Shown: one piece after another, positions 12,126 to 24,286 of the stretch
Layout of the letters: the number at the start of each line of letters is the position of its first letter
How positions within the stretch are numbered: the stretch's first letter is position 1
From: Octopus bimaculoides
Taxonomy: Eukaryota
Length of the DNA stretch: 63,783 bases
Direction of reading: 5' to 3'
Assembly (NCBI RefSeq): GCF_001194135.2
Contig: NC_068999.1
Coordinates: 34,784,259-34,848,041 of the forward strand
Program-made: the position numbers and the translations under genes
The notes under the pieces: model-generated
Databases searched by the model: none
Seen by the model: only the letters and a program-made list of their open reading frames with translations
Told to the model about the DNA's origin: nothing

Positions 12126-12195
12126 CACGCAGCGAGACTGAACCCGGAACCATGTAGTTGGCAAGCAAGCTACTTACTACACAGCCACTCCTGCG
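12126..12195 (-). mobile_element. SINE family A, 5' head
   Basis: Reverse complement of aggagtggctgtgtagtaagtagcttgc...ggttccgggttcagt. Confidence 0.8.
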
Positions 12196-12639
12196 TCTAT
12201 AAAATGTTAACATGTTTTCAAATATAGTTCGAACCCTTATGATTGTCATTCACTGACCAAATTACTCGCTGTAGACAAATAGGTGTAAAACACTGAATCA
12301 GCTCACAACTACAGGTAACCAGAGTGTGGGATGCATATATTTTGGGGCGAGCGATTATCTCCTCTTCAACCACAGGGGACGGGAAGGCAGGTGCTGCAAA
12401 CTGACACGGGTGACAGGTTCTGTGTTATGATATTCCCGCCATCGTTCAATGACTGGTTGCTCTATTCAGCGGCTCTCCGTAAATAAAATACGATGCTAAG
12501 CAATGATAGTGTATAGATACAAACTTGTCACCAGTTCAAATATGCTTGAGGTATATTCGAACTCGTAAGAAAATCATTCACGGTATTGTCTAATGGCTGA
12601 TCACCATATGGTACCGTTAACCTCGACACATTTTTTCTC

Positions 12640-12770
12640 TCCATTTTTTTCCTCTCACCCTTTTCTGACGAAGAGCGTTGATTCGAATCGTCTCTTTTCC
12701 ATTTTTATCTGAGCTCCAAACTAATACACCTGCGTGTTGTTCTCTCCTGCCGCTGTCTTTTGCTTGCAGT
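12640..12770 (+). mobile_element. Second copy of the hammerhead-like repeat family (degenerate)
   Basis: CTGACGA-A-GAGC-GTTG-ATTC-GAAT-C-GTC at 12665-12692, followed by ctgagctccaa...cgtgttgttctct, as at 2941-2990. Confidence 0.4.
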
Positions 12771-12790
12771 ACATTGGAACCATATACACG

Positions 12791-12837
<47 letters not shown>

Positions 12838-13566
12838 CACACACACACACACATGAAGAATGTCAGCACAAGAGAAATAAATAAACTGTACAGAGAATGT
12901 ATTGGCCAAGTTTCGTATACAACTGAAAAGAATTGCCCACGGCTCCACGATGAGTTGTCGAACTTTGAAATGAAGCTAAAGTTTTAATTAGGCAATCATG
13001 TCGTCATCATTATACTTCCCTAATTACATTTACATGAACAATCAGTGCTATTATGTGTGTGATAGTGACAGCCATGCTACAAAAAATACATAATAGGACA
13101 GTAATGAGGACCACAACTTCCTGCTTTACATACCTGGAATATTATTCGCGGATGATTTTTTTTTTTCTTTAAAGATAATATTTTGTTCCCTTATAACGCG
13201 TATTGATTAAATCTATACTGACTGGTTGTATAACTGTTTTACACCATAGCACCAGATATATTCTCAGATATCTTTATGCATAAACACGCGCTCACAACTA
13301 TTCTCAACATATATGCATATAAACTTAAAATACACACACATACACACACACGCACCTAGAGACAAACACGCACACATACACATATGTGTGTGTGTCTGTG
13401 TGTGTGCATGTGTATGTATATACCTGTCCTGTATTTTATAACATTACACATGCATGTATATGTGTGTGTGTGAGTGTAGATGTGCATGTATGAGCGTATG
13501 AATATATACATTTGCATATGCATATATATATAGATATATATATGTGTTTGTATGTGTGTGTGTGTA

Positions 13567-13613
<47 letters not shown>

Positions 13614-14273
13614 ATAGCATTTCTCAGTATAACAAAACACTAATTCATATTTATTTCGCATATTAAGTTGATGCACACACACAAAACTAAAATCAAAAAA
13701 AAAAAAAAAACGCGCGTGGGCACACAGACACACACATACATGGATACACAGATTTAAAAATTCACATATGCAGACACATAAAAATATGATATGCAGATCA
13801 ATATATATGAATACCATATGCATATAATCAATCTATACATAGATATACATATATGTATATGTATATGTGTGAATGTATATATATATNNNNNNNNNNNNNN
13901 NNNNNNNNNNNNNNNNNNNNNNNNNNNNNNNNNNNNNNNNNNNNNNNNNNNNNNNNNNNNNNNNNNNNNNNNNNNNNNNNNNNNNNNNNNNNNNNNNNNN
14001 NNNNNNNNNNNNNNNNNNNATATATATAACAAATTCCTCTTATTCTTTTGCAAAACCAGCTGGATTTCATCAGTAAGGAGACACATAACGGCAAATACGT
14101 GTCTCACAATAGCCTCAGAATCAAAATGTCTCTATAAGAAAACACAAACTCTTATTTATTTCACAGTGTCCCTATAGTACTTAGAGAAATGCCTTACACA
14201 GCTACAGCTGCACCATGTATGTATATGTATATATATATATATATATATATTCCATCTTCTGTCTTTCATTTGT

Positions 14274-14324
<51 letters not shown>

Positions 14325-14640
14325 TTCTATATACATTGATTTACAACTCAACACATATTTTAAGATGTATGGCTTCATAATAATATCACCACTTTCTCCG
14401 CTGTGCTGTTTTCTTTCAGTACACCAGCGCCGTTTTCGTTCGATAGATGGCTCCAGCAGGGTGAATATATAGAAATTTATATCGGATTTATTTGGAAGCA
14501 TATACTGGTGCGCATTTATTTTACACACTTACGCGAACGCGCGCCTATTTAGATGCGTGTAAGCGTGTAAGTATGTCTGTGTATTATGTACTGTTCAATT
14601 GAGAAAAGTAACATACACACACATAGATAGCTCGATAGAT

Positions 14641-14676
<36 letters not shown>

Positions 14677-14700
14677 CAAGATAGCTACATACATACATAC

Positions 14701-14800
14701 CTACACAGACACAAGTACATATTCACGCATAGATACATACATACATACATACCTACACAGACACAAGTACACATTCACGCATAGATACATACATACATAC
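14701..14800. repeat. 52-bp tandem duplication
   Basis: ctacacagacacaagtacatattcacgcatagatacatac... starts at 14701 and again at 14753. Confidence 0.9.
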
Positions 14801-14852
14801 ATGCGTACATTGTGAATTATAAATAGATAGAAATAGAGAGGGATTTTTAACA

Positions 14853-14906
14853 ATAATGATGATGATGATGGTGGTGATGATGACGACGATGGTGATGATG
14901 ATGAGG

Positions 14907-14948
<42 letters not shown>

Positions 14949-15016
14949 TGGATGTGGATGATGATGATGATGAGGATGATGATAATGATAATAATAACAA
15001 CAACAACAACAACAGC

Positions 15017-15058
<42 letters not shown>

Positions 15059-15066
15059 TATTATTA
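14853..15066. repeat. Compound (GAT)n-(AAC)n-(AAT)n microsatellite
   Basis: Read directly from the sequence. Confidence 0.95.
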
Positions 15067-15403
15067 NNNNNNNNNNGATTTCAAAAAATGTTTTCGATAT
15101 GAGCATGAATGTATTGGAGATTTCTTTGGTGGTTTGTTTGAAGCAGAAGTATTAAGAACTCGCATAGAATGGGTTGTTATGATGGCTGACGTAAAGTAAA
15201 CACACCGTATTATTAACCAGAATGTCAACTGGTCTAGCGGTGTTTGTGGATCCCAAGGTGAACACCAATCGACTACGTCTATGAATTGTTTGTGACGTTA
15301 TGACGTCTATGGCTTGTGATTACCTCCAATTTGTTCTTGTCCCCATTCAAAAAAAAAAGAAAAAAAGCAGAAAAAGGAAGAATACCTGTCTTTTTCAAAG
15401 ATC

Positions 15404-15540
15404 TTTTACGTATTTCAGTCATTAGAATGCGGCCAGGCTGGGGCACCGCTTAGACGATTTTGTTAGACCTCAGTACTGATCATTTTAAGCGTGATACTTA
15501 TTTTATTCGTTCCTTTTGCCGAACGGTTAGATTACGGGGA

Positions 15541-15574
<34 letters not shown>

Positions 15575-15599
15575 CGACGAGCTTCTTTCAGTTTCCGTC
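15404..15599 (-). mobile_element. SINE family A, truncated by an assembly gap
   Basis: tttcagtcatt...ccttttgccgaac...acggggacgta(CA)n...cgacgagcttctttcagtttccgtc. Confidence 0.8.
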
Positions 15600-16120
15600 N
15601 NNNNNNNNNNNNNNNNNNNNNNNNNNNNNNNNNNNNNNNNNNNNNNNNNNNNNNNNNNNNNNNNNNNNNNNNNNNNNNNNNNNNNNNNNNNNNNNNNNNN
15701 NNNNNNNNNNNNNNNNNNNNNNNNNNNNNNNNNNNNNNNNNNNNNNNNNNNNNNNNNNNNNNNNNNNNNNNNNNNNNNNNNNNNNNNNNNNNNNNNNNNN
15801 NNNNNNNNNNNNNNNNNNNNNNNNNNNNNNNNNNNNNNNNNNNNNNNNNNNNNNNNNNNNNNNNNNNNNNNNNNNNNNNNNNNNNNNNNNNNNNNNNNNN
15901 NNNNNNNNNNNNNNNNNNNNNNNNNNNNNNNNNNNNNNNNNNNNNNNNNNNNNNNNNNNNNNNNNNNNNNNNNNNNNNNNNNNNNNNNNNNNNNNNNNNN
16001 NNNNNNNNNNNNNNNNNNNNNNNNNNNNNNNNNNNNNNNNNNNNNNNNNNNNNNNNNNNNNNNNNNNNNNNNNNNNNNNNNNNNNNNNNNNNNNNNNNNN
16101 TATATATATATATATATATA

Positions 16121-17130
16121 TTAGCAGAGATACCTGGCGTTGTTCGGGATTAAAATGGCATAGTTTGTATATAATATATTACAGTTATGTTGAAACTGGT
16201 GATATGGGAATGTGCAGCATTGACAACAAAATATTTGTGGAGAAAATAATGGGCTAATTCGACTAAGCAACATACCATGCGTCCGTTTGGAGTATTTCAG
16301 GCCCTAACCTGTCTTGAAAAATTGGGCGTGGGGGTTATGTGATTTTTGAAATCACCGAAAAGATGTCAGTGGATATATTCTCATTTGCAGCAGTCAGTGC
16401 TGTGTCTAACATGACCCATCATCTGAAATTTTAACACCTCCTTCGAGTTTGTTGTCCTACATCACCCATGAAGTAAATTTGGAGAAACTGTGGTTGTTAT
16501 TTGTGGGTAACGGGGAACCAATGAGGTAATAGACTTGCCCTTGAACTTTGACGTCGGCGTAAATTCATGTTTGTCTCTCTTTTTAGATGCACAAAACGAT
16601 TTTTATTTGAAATGCAGAGTTGTATTATCTGATATTGTTCAGAAAATCTTTTGACTAGATGGAAGTGCTTTCTTGAAGATCCATAAGAGGTTGAGGAGGG
16701 GCTGGTAAGGCAGGCAATGTTACCTGATCACCTGAGCAGCACATATCATTTGTTTAATTTGAAAATTTTAAAGCACTCAGAAACGACAGTTTGTGTTTGA
16801 CACACCAATTTGGACAGAGTTATCATTTTTATAAGAATGGGATGGATCATATCTGAAAATAGCTTCAGGAGTTGTGAAGAACGAATTTATACGTAGTCTG
16901 TTTCTGACAGTTATTCTATTGGACCTTTGTCTAATCATTAAAACATTTATTTAATGATCCAGCATTAAGTGCTGTAACATTCCTTTGCTGATCGTGAGAA
17001 AATCTCATATCGATTCTCTCTTTAGACTCTCGCTTTCGGTTTTCTACAATCCTCCTTGCTTTATACTTGTTTCTGGAGAGATTACGTTTTTTCTTTGGTG
17101 GCATGTTGTTTTCAATATTGTAAACAAAAA
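16121..17130 (-). mobile_element. Internally deleted Helitron (RepHel N-terminal remnant plus intact-looking 3' terminus)
   Basis: Minus strand gives MPPKKKRNLSRN (ATG at 17104), FRYDPSHSYKNDNSVQIG, DMCCSGDQVTLPALPAPPQPL, SKDFLNNIR*YNSAFQ and KVQGQVYYLIGSPLP, all typical of the Helitron N-terminal region. The 3' end is cccgaacaacgccagg...CTAA|T at 16121. Confidence 0.85.
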
Positions 17131-17147
17131 ACTATGAACATAGAAAG

Positions 17148-17303
17148 AGGAGTGGCTGTGTGGTAAGTAGCTTGCTTACCAGCCACATGGTTCCGGGTTC
17201 AGTCCTACTGCGTAGCACCTTGGAGAAGTGTCTTCTACCATAGCCTCGGACCGACCAAAGCCTTGTCAGTGGATTTGGCAGATGGAAACTGAAAGAATCC
17301 CGT

Positions 17304-17346
<43 letters not shown>

Positions 17347-17635
17347 NNNNNNNNNNNNNNNNNNNNNNNNNNNNNNNNNNNNNNNNNNNNNNNNNNNNNN
17401 NNNNNNNNNNTGTGTGTGTGTGTGTGTGTGTGTGTCTGTGTTTTCTCCCACCATCGCTTGACAAACGATGGTGGTGTGTTTACGTCCCCGTAACTTCGCG
17501 GTTCGGTAAAAGAGCCCGATAGAATAAGTACTAGACTTACAAAGAATAATTCCTGGGGTCGATTTGTTCGACTAAAGACGCTGCTCCAGCATGGCTGCAG
17601 TCAAATGACTGAAACAAATAAAAGAATAAAAGAAT
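17148..17635 (+). mobile_element. SINE family A, full length (tRNA-like head, CORE-like motif, internal microsatellite)
   Basis: aggagtggctgtgtggtaagtagc...ggttcagt...gcaccttggagaagtgtc...(TA)n/N/(TG)n...catggctgcagtcaaatgactgaaac, with a (TAAAAGAA)n tail. It resembles the octopus tRNA-derived SINEs (OK/OR1/OR2 group); the exact family is unverified. Confidence 0.92.
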
Positions 17636-18699
17636 TAATCCCTATTTTTGTAAGCAGTTGTATGTATGTAGTATGTTTTTATTATTGTATGGAGTATAAA
17701 TTAAACAAATAGAATGACACACCATTCTGTTGTGGTGGTTCATTTTGTGTTTCTCCCGCTCATTCCGTAAAAATGTATTTGAAGTGAATAGAAATTGAAA
17801 GAAGAGAAAGCGAAAGGACAGAGAGAGGAAGTGATGATGTATGTACGTCTATATGAATTGAAATGTGTGTGTGTGTGCGTGTTTGTGTGTGTTTATGTGT
17901 GTGCGTGCGAGTGTATGTGAGAGAGAAAGAGAGTGAGAAAGAGAGATAGAGTGAGTGAGTGAAGGTGTGATTGATGTCTTTTACGGTACATACGCGTATA
18001 GAAAATGTGACGTCATCGTATAAAATGTTTATGATAGTTCATTTATGGAAAAGATTATAATGTTAAATTTTTGAACTGCAAATATGTGAATGGAAATTAA
18101 GTTTAATTTGTAGCCGAAATAGTACTGTGGTTACAATGTGGTCTTCTTAACCACACAGCTATCCATGAACCCGTAAAGTTAAAGACACAACGTGGGATTC
18201 TTTTGATTGTTGATTTATGTTTGTCTCGCAGAATTTTTGATAAAATGCCTTCCAACTGTAACCACATGATCTATTTAATGATATCCAAAATTTCATTATC
18301 TTATGTTTGTCCTTTTTTGTTAGCTAAGAGAGTAAAGTGTTATGTGAGGGTGTTTTGGATACTATTTCTAGCATTGTCGAGTGACCACGTTGGTTCGATG
18401 GTACCGTAGCGATACTGCTGAATGATTTACTGTCTTTCAGTCGTGAGTTCAACTTCTCTGATTGAAGAAAAAGAAATGATTAAGTAGAGTTTTTCAGTTA
18501 TCTAAATGGGTATTAAATACCAGAATGAAAAATATGTACGTTTGCATAAGATTTTAACCAATTGCCCTGTCAAAGTAGTTTCGTAAGTTTGTCCTAAACA
18601 TCCATGCTTCTTTTTAAACTCTTATTTAGCCCTTTTCTCATACAATCTTAGTAACATAAAGCATTACTCTCATAAAGCCCAAGTTACTCTAGTGTTTTT

Positions 18700-19021
18700 A
18701 TTATTTTATTTCTTTTATTTGCTTCACTCATTTGACTACGACCATGCTGGAGCAAAAAACTCGGGAATCTTTCTTTTGCCTTTTACTTATATCTATCATT
18801 GGTCTACAGCAACGTTAGGGGACTGCCTTCAAGGATATAGTCGGAAAAATCGATCCCAGTATTTATCTTTTTTAATAGGGTATTCGTTCTATCGGTCTTT
18901 TTTGCTGAACTGCTAGTTTACGGCGACGTAAACAAACCAACGCCAGTTGTCAAGCAGTATTGGTGGTGGTGGTGGTGTGGAACAAACACAGACGCAAATT
19001 TCAACACACACACGCTCGCAC

Positions 19022-19086
<65 letters not shown>

Positions 19087-19255
19087 GATGTATATTTACA
19101 CGACTAACCTCTTTCAGTTTCCGTGTACCAAACCCAATTACAATGCTTTGGTTGGCCCAAGGTTGCAGTACAAGACTCTTACTTCAAGTAACATTCAGTG
19201 GGACTGAACCCAAAACCATTTGGTAGTGAAGCAAACTTCTTACTACCCAATCACA
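18700..19255 (-). mobile_element. SINE family A, diverged, with an internal insertion and (CA)n
   Basis: Reverse-complement match to both halves of family A. Confidence 0.75.
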
Positions 19256-19369
19256 CATGTGTCATAAATGCCAAGAAAATATATCTGTGTATCATGTGTG
19301 ACACAAGACAGGCAAAGGGATAAATTTTTAAAATGGATCTATAAAACACAGGTGATATTGGTTTCACAT

Positions 19370-19540
19370 TTTGACACAAATTTTCATTGACCCTAGTGTT
19401 CAACTGGCCCTTATATTATTGACCACGAAAGGATGCAAGACAAAATCGACCCTGGCGGATTTTAAACTCAGATCATAGAGACGGACGAAATGCTGCAAAA
19501 CATTTTGCCTAGCGCGCTAACGAATACGCCAGCTCACAAA
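19370..19540 (-). mobile_element. SINE family B, diverged
   Basis: ccctagtgttcaactgg...gaaaggatgcaagacaaaatcgacc...gcgctaacgaatacgccagctc. Confidence 0.75.
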
Positions 19541-20141
19541 ATTTAAGACAAGTAATACTGAAGCAACACCAACGAGTGTATAGGATTTTTGCTGTTATAA
19601 GTTTACTTTAGTGCTATATCATTGTGGCTGTGTGACTAATTAGCATATATATANNNNNNNNNNNNNNNNNNNNNNNNNNNNNNNNNNNNNNNNNNNNNNN
19701 NNNNNNNNNNNNNNNNNNNNNNNNNNNNNNNNNNNNNNNNNNNNNNNNNNNNNNNNNNNNNNNNNNNNNNNNNNNNNNNNNNNNNNNNNNNNNNNNNNNN
19801 NNGTATGTATGTATGTATGTATGAATGTATGTATGTATGAATGTATGTATGTATTTATAGATCTCTACCAAAGATTTGATAAAAATATTTTGCCTATTAT
19901 CAACGTAGCAAAATTCTCATATGACAGGTTGTTAATCATACAATTTTGTGTGCATATCAATTTTGATAAGAGTTATAACGCAACCCATTATAAAGACTAC
20001 TTACTTACTTACTTTACTATGAAACGGTTTTCTTAACCGATATTGTATGCAGGGTCAATATGTTTCATGTCATTTTAACCTGTTTAAAGACAACAGTTAA
20101 TGTTGTCTGTTATTTACTGTCTGCTATGAATTAATAAAATC

Positions 20142-20223
20142 TGACCCTGAAGAGATACAATATCCCATATTTTATAACATTCATGAGTGAGTCGGGATAT
20201 TGCATCGAAATGTTCATAGGTCA
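20142..20223 (+). ncRNA. Type I hammerhead ribozyme fold (predicted)
   Basis: TGACC-CTGAAGA-GATACAATATCCC(27-nt loop)GGGATATTGCATC-GAAA-TG-TT-CA-T-A-GGTCA. Stem I has 5 bp, stem II has 12 of 13 bp paired, both core segments are intact, and the AUA triplet predicts cleavage at 20218/20219. Confidence 0.8.
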
Positions 20224-20267
20224 TTAATCAAGTCTTTACAATGGATCGCGTTATAGCTCTTATTTAA

Positions 20268-20307
<40 letters not shown>

Positions 20308-20729
20308 GACGAGCTTCTTTCAGTTTCCGCGAGTAGTTGGTTGTTAATTATTGTAATTTGTTTCATCTGATGATTACGGTTTTTTGTAATTGAGTAATGT
20401 TCTCATTCTATTAAGAAGATGCGTAAGAAACAGCTGTAATGAACAGACAACTATCCATCGTATATTACTATTCTTTTGATTATAATACACCAAGGGGATT
20501 TACGACTTGTCAGACACCCTAGACTATACCAACAGCGTATTATTCCGCGTAACACGTGATTTGGACCAGCTCCTAGGCGCTGAATACTCATAGGGCTGGT
20601 TTTCTCTGTGAGCACAACCGGAATATCCTATTTGCTAGTGACCAACCATAGGCCGAACTACAGGTTTATCCAACCCTACCTGATGTATATCTTTTCAAGT
20701 ACCTCATTCTATCTGAATCCTTATTTTAC

Positions 20730-20793
<64 letters not shown>

Positions 20794-20849
20794 CATACAT
20801 GCATACGCATACACACATACCTACGTGTGAACACACACGCACATATATG

Positions 20850-20894
<45 letters not shown>

Positions 20895-21600
20895 ATATAT
20901 GGATTATACCTATACATTTATGTACGAATATGCATCTACGCGAACACATATATGCATGCTTGCTAGTGTTTCTGTGTGTATGAGACTTTATATCTACGCC
21001 TGTACCTCTATGAGATATAACATATACATACGTGTGTGTATGTATGTGTGTGTTTGCGCGCACGCACATGTGTGTGTGTACAGGAATGGTGATGTGTGCT
21101 GGCGTTTCTGCATGGAACGGACAAGACACAGGCTGTTGGCTTCGAAAGCTTCTAAACTTCCAGGATGTTGGTTTCGAGATGAGCAAAAGTCGAAGGAAAC
21201 GAGCAAACCTGTGAAAAGCCTTGAATTTTTTTTTTTTTTCCTTTTTCTTTTTTCTGTTGTTGTTTTTGGGTGTTTAGTTGTGATTGTTTATTTGTTGTTT
21301 GTTCTTCGATATGGCCTCTGGAATGAGGAAATATGGATGAAAGACACAACATTAAGGAGATTTGTAGGAGAAAAAATATGCATTGGATAAGAGAACACCT
21401 AGCGGGAAGTTCCGCTCGTAATGTGTATGTATGTATGTATGTATGTATGTATGTATGTATGTATGTATGTATGTATGAATGTATGTATGTATGTACTTAT
21501 GTAAGTACGTGTATGCATATAGCATGTGCGTGTGTGTGCTTGCGTGCATCGTGTATACATACACAAAGACACTCATATTTAAGTGAGATTATGTGTGTGA

Positions 21601-21650
<50 letters not shown>

Positions 21651-21651
21651 T

Positions 21652-21690
<39 letters not shown>

Positions 21691-21752
21691 GCATATATAT
21701 ATATATATATGGGTGTATGGATATATGAATATTGAATTATGTATGTAGGTGG

Positions 21753-21783
<31 letters not shown>

Positions 21784-21984
21784 TATATATTCTATGTGTG
21801 CATGCGTTTGTGCGTATGAGTGTGCGTGTGTGCGTGCGTGTGTGTGTGTGTGTGCGCGCGCGCGCAATCAGAATGGTGTCCGTGTTGAAGACAGAATAAC
21901 AACAAAACAAGATGGCATGCTATGTACAACTCTATCGTGGAATGCAGGAAAGAATAACCTTTTTTGTTATATCTCTTCCTTTCA

Positions 21985-22023
21985 TTTAACAACAACAACA
22001 CAACAACAACAACAACAACAGCA

Positions 22024-22085
<62 letters not shown>
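21985..22085. repeat. (AAC)n-(ACT)n microsatellite
   Basis: Read directly from the sequence. Confidence 0.95.
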
Positions 22086-22086
<1 letters not shown>

Positions 22087-22479
22087 TTCTGTATGGTGGA
22101 AGGAGCTGTTATTTCCTGTATGTCTCTACCTTTCCGGAGTACGAGACAGAGTGTAAATAGCCGTAAAAAGCTGATATACCAAGACACTATGTAATATACT
22201 GTGAAGTTTAAGTCTTCATTTACCATATTCCCGGTATTTTTTTAAAAGTATATATTCCTTGTTTATATTATTTCATATTTCTTCATTATTTTCCTTCATA
22301 AAAACAAAAATAAACAAACAAAACTGAACCTTATTCCACTGCATCTCCCTTGCTTTCTTAACAATGGATATTTCTATGAATTCGTACATCTTCAGATTTT
22401 GAAGTTAGCGTGTGTAGTCAATGAAATTGATATCACTACTTGACTGGTCTAATCTATCTTTGATATTGGTTTGATATTT

Positions 22480-22668
22480 CGGCACAAGGCCAGAAATTTT
22501 AGGGGCGGGTAGGAGATTAATCGATCACATCGGACCCCAGTGTTCAACTGGTACTTATTTTATCAACTCAGAAAGGATAAAAGCCATAGTCGATCACGGC
22601 GGAATTTGAATTTTGAACTTAACGACGCATTGTCCGACGTGCTAACGATTCTGTATCTCACCGCCTTC
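22480..22668 (-). mobile_element. SINE family B
   Basis: ggcacaaggccagaaatttt...ccccagtgttcaactggtacttatttt...gtgctaacgattctg...ccgcctt. Confidence 0.8.
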
Positions 22669-22795
22669 AATCGATATTAAATCACGAAGACCATCGTCAG
22701 CAGATACGTCTAGTCATATGCTTATGCTGTTGGACTAACGAGAAATTGATGGGCCATAAATAGGCATCTGCTATAATTACATGTACAATAGGCGT

Positions 22796-23397
22796 AGGAG
22801 TGGCTGTACGACAAGAAGTTTGCTTCCCAACCACATGGTCCCGGGTTCAATCCCCACTGCGTGGCACTTTAGATTTCTACTATGCCCTCGGGCCAACCAA
22901 AGCCCTGTAAGTGAATTTGGTAGACGGAAACTGAAAGAAGCCCGTCATATATATATANNNNNNNNNNNNNNNNNNNNNNNNNNNNNNNNNNNNNNNNNNN
23001 NNNNNNNNNNNNNNNNNNNNNNNNNNNNNNNNNNNNNNNNNNNNNNNNNNNNNNNNNNNNNNNNNNNNNNNNNNNNNNNNNNNNNNNNNNNNNNNNNNNN
23101 NNNNNNNNNNNNNNNNNNNNNATATATATATATATATATATACGTGTATGTATATATTTGTGTGTGTGCCGATGTGTCTAGGTTTGTTCCCTCACCATCG
23201 CTTAACCACCGATGTTGGTGTGTTTATTACTCCGTGACTTAGCGGTTCAGCAAGTGAGGAGCGATAGAATAAGTACTAGGCTGGCAGGGAATAAGTCCTG
23301 AGGTCGATTTCTTCGACTGAGACCCTTCAAGGTGGTACTGGAGCATGGCCGCAGTCAAATGACTGAAACACGAAGAATAATAAAAGAATAAAAGAAT
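22796..23397 (+). mobile_element. SINE family A, full length with a gap in its internal microsatellite
   Basis: Head, CORE-like segment, (TA)n plus N run, 3' half and taaaagaa tail are all present. Confidence 0.9.
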
Positions 23398-24286
23398 ATC
23401 AATTTCCCAGAATCTTTGATTCCAAACCCTTTCAGAATTATCGATTTTTTCGAACCAGAGGTGGCCGCCTTCAGAACCACACACCAAATTCTACAAATAT
23501 TTATTTCATTTAAACAATTAAATGAAATCCTGGCACCTGTTTATCAGTGTAAATCAGTACGGATTATAAGAGAACCCGGGCGATCACTGTTTGGAAACGC
23601 TGTGGTACTTGTATGGTACCCGTATTCATGTTTTGTTGTTCAGAAGTGCACTGTATCCTACAATCCACGGTTGGTCTTAAGACGCGGAGTAAATACTGAT
23701 CGACTTCATTTACTGCTAACGTTCTTTCATAGAGATTTCGAGGTGTGGAGAAACTCATCAATATTTCGTCTGTATAACGCTATAAAAATCATATTTAACA
23801 TCATTAATCCCTTACTGTCAAGCACATATACACATACAAACACATATACATATTCGTACAGACATACACTTACAAACTCATACAAATATAAGAAACTATT
23901 TCCCATTTTAACTCGTATTCTATTCATTTTGATTTAAGTTCCCGAATGTATTTACTAAGGCCCGTAGAGTTCATTAAATTACTGTTCTTAAAAGAATTCA
24001 TATGTTGGGCCGCCTGGGATTTAATTTTATTGGAAGTCGATCCAATGTAAGTAGTATTTATGTTTCAAAGAATGATACAAAGCTCCATTGTTGGAATGAA
24101 GATAACAAAAGCAACGTCATATTATAAACCCGAGAAAAATCTTGAATAATTTTGCTGAGTCACTCATAGATTATATTAGTAATTTGCGAAGCAGTTGGTT
24201 GATTTGTTTTTCTGAAAACCCAAGCTTGTCCAGACTGACAGTCAGGCATTTACTTACAAAACCAAATACAGCAATTATTATTGGTA

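Noticed and set aside
14420-14566. Possible exon (pyrimidine tract plus CAG acceptor, GTAAGT donor)
   Set aside because: All three frames contain stops over the full length, the shorter 41-nt version has no recognisable product, and such signals arise by chance.
15187-15308. Three TGACGT CRE-like sites; also palindromic CTTTGATCAAAG (TCF-like, 50969-50980) and TGCGCATGCG (NRF1-like, about 61185)
   Set aside because: Short motifs are expected by chance in 64 kb, and there is no gene, conservation or chromatin evidence.
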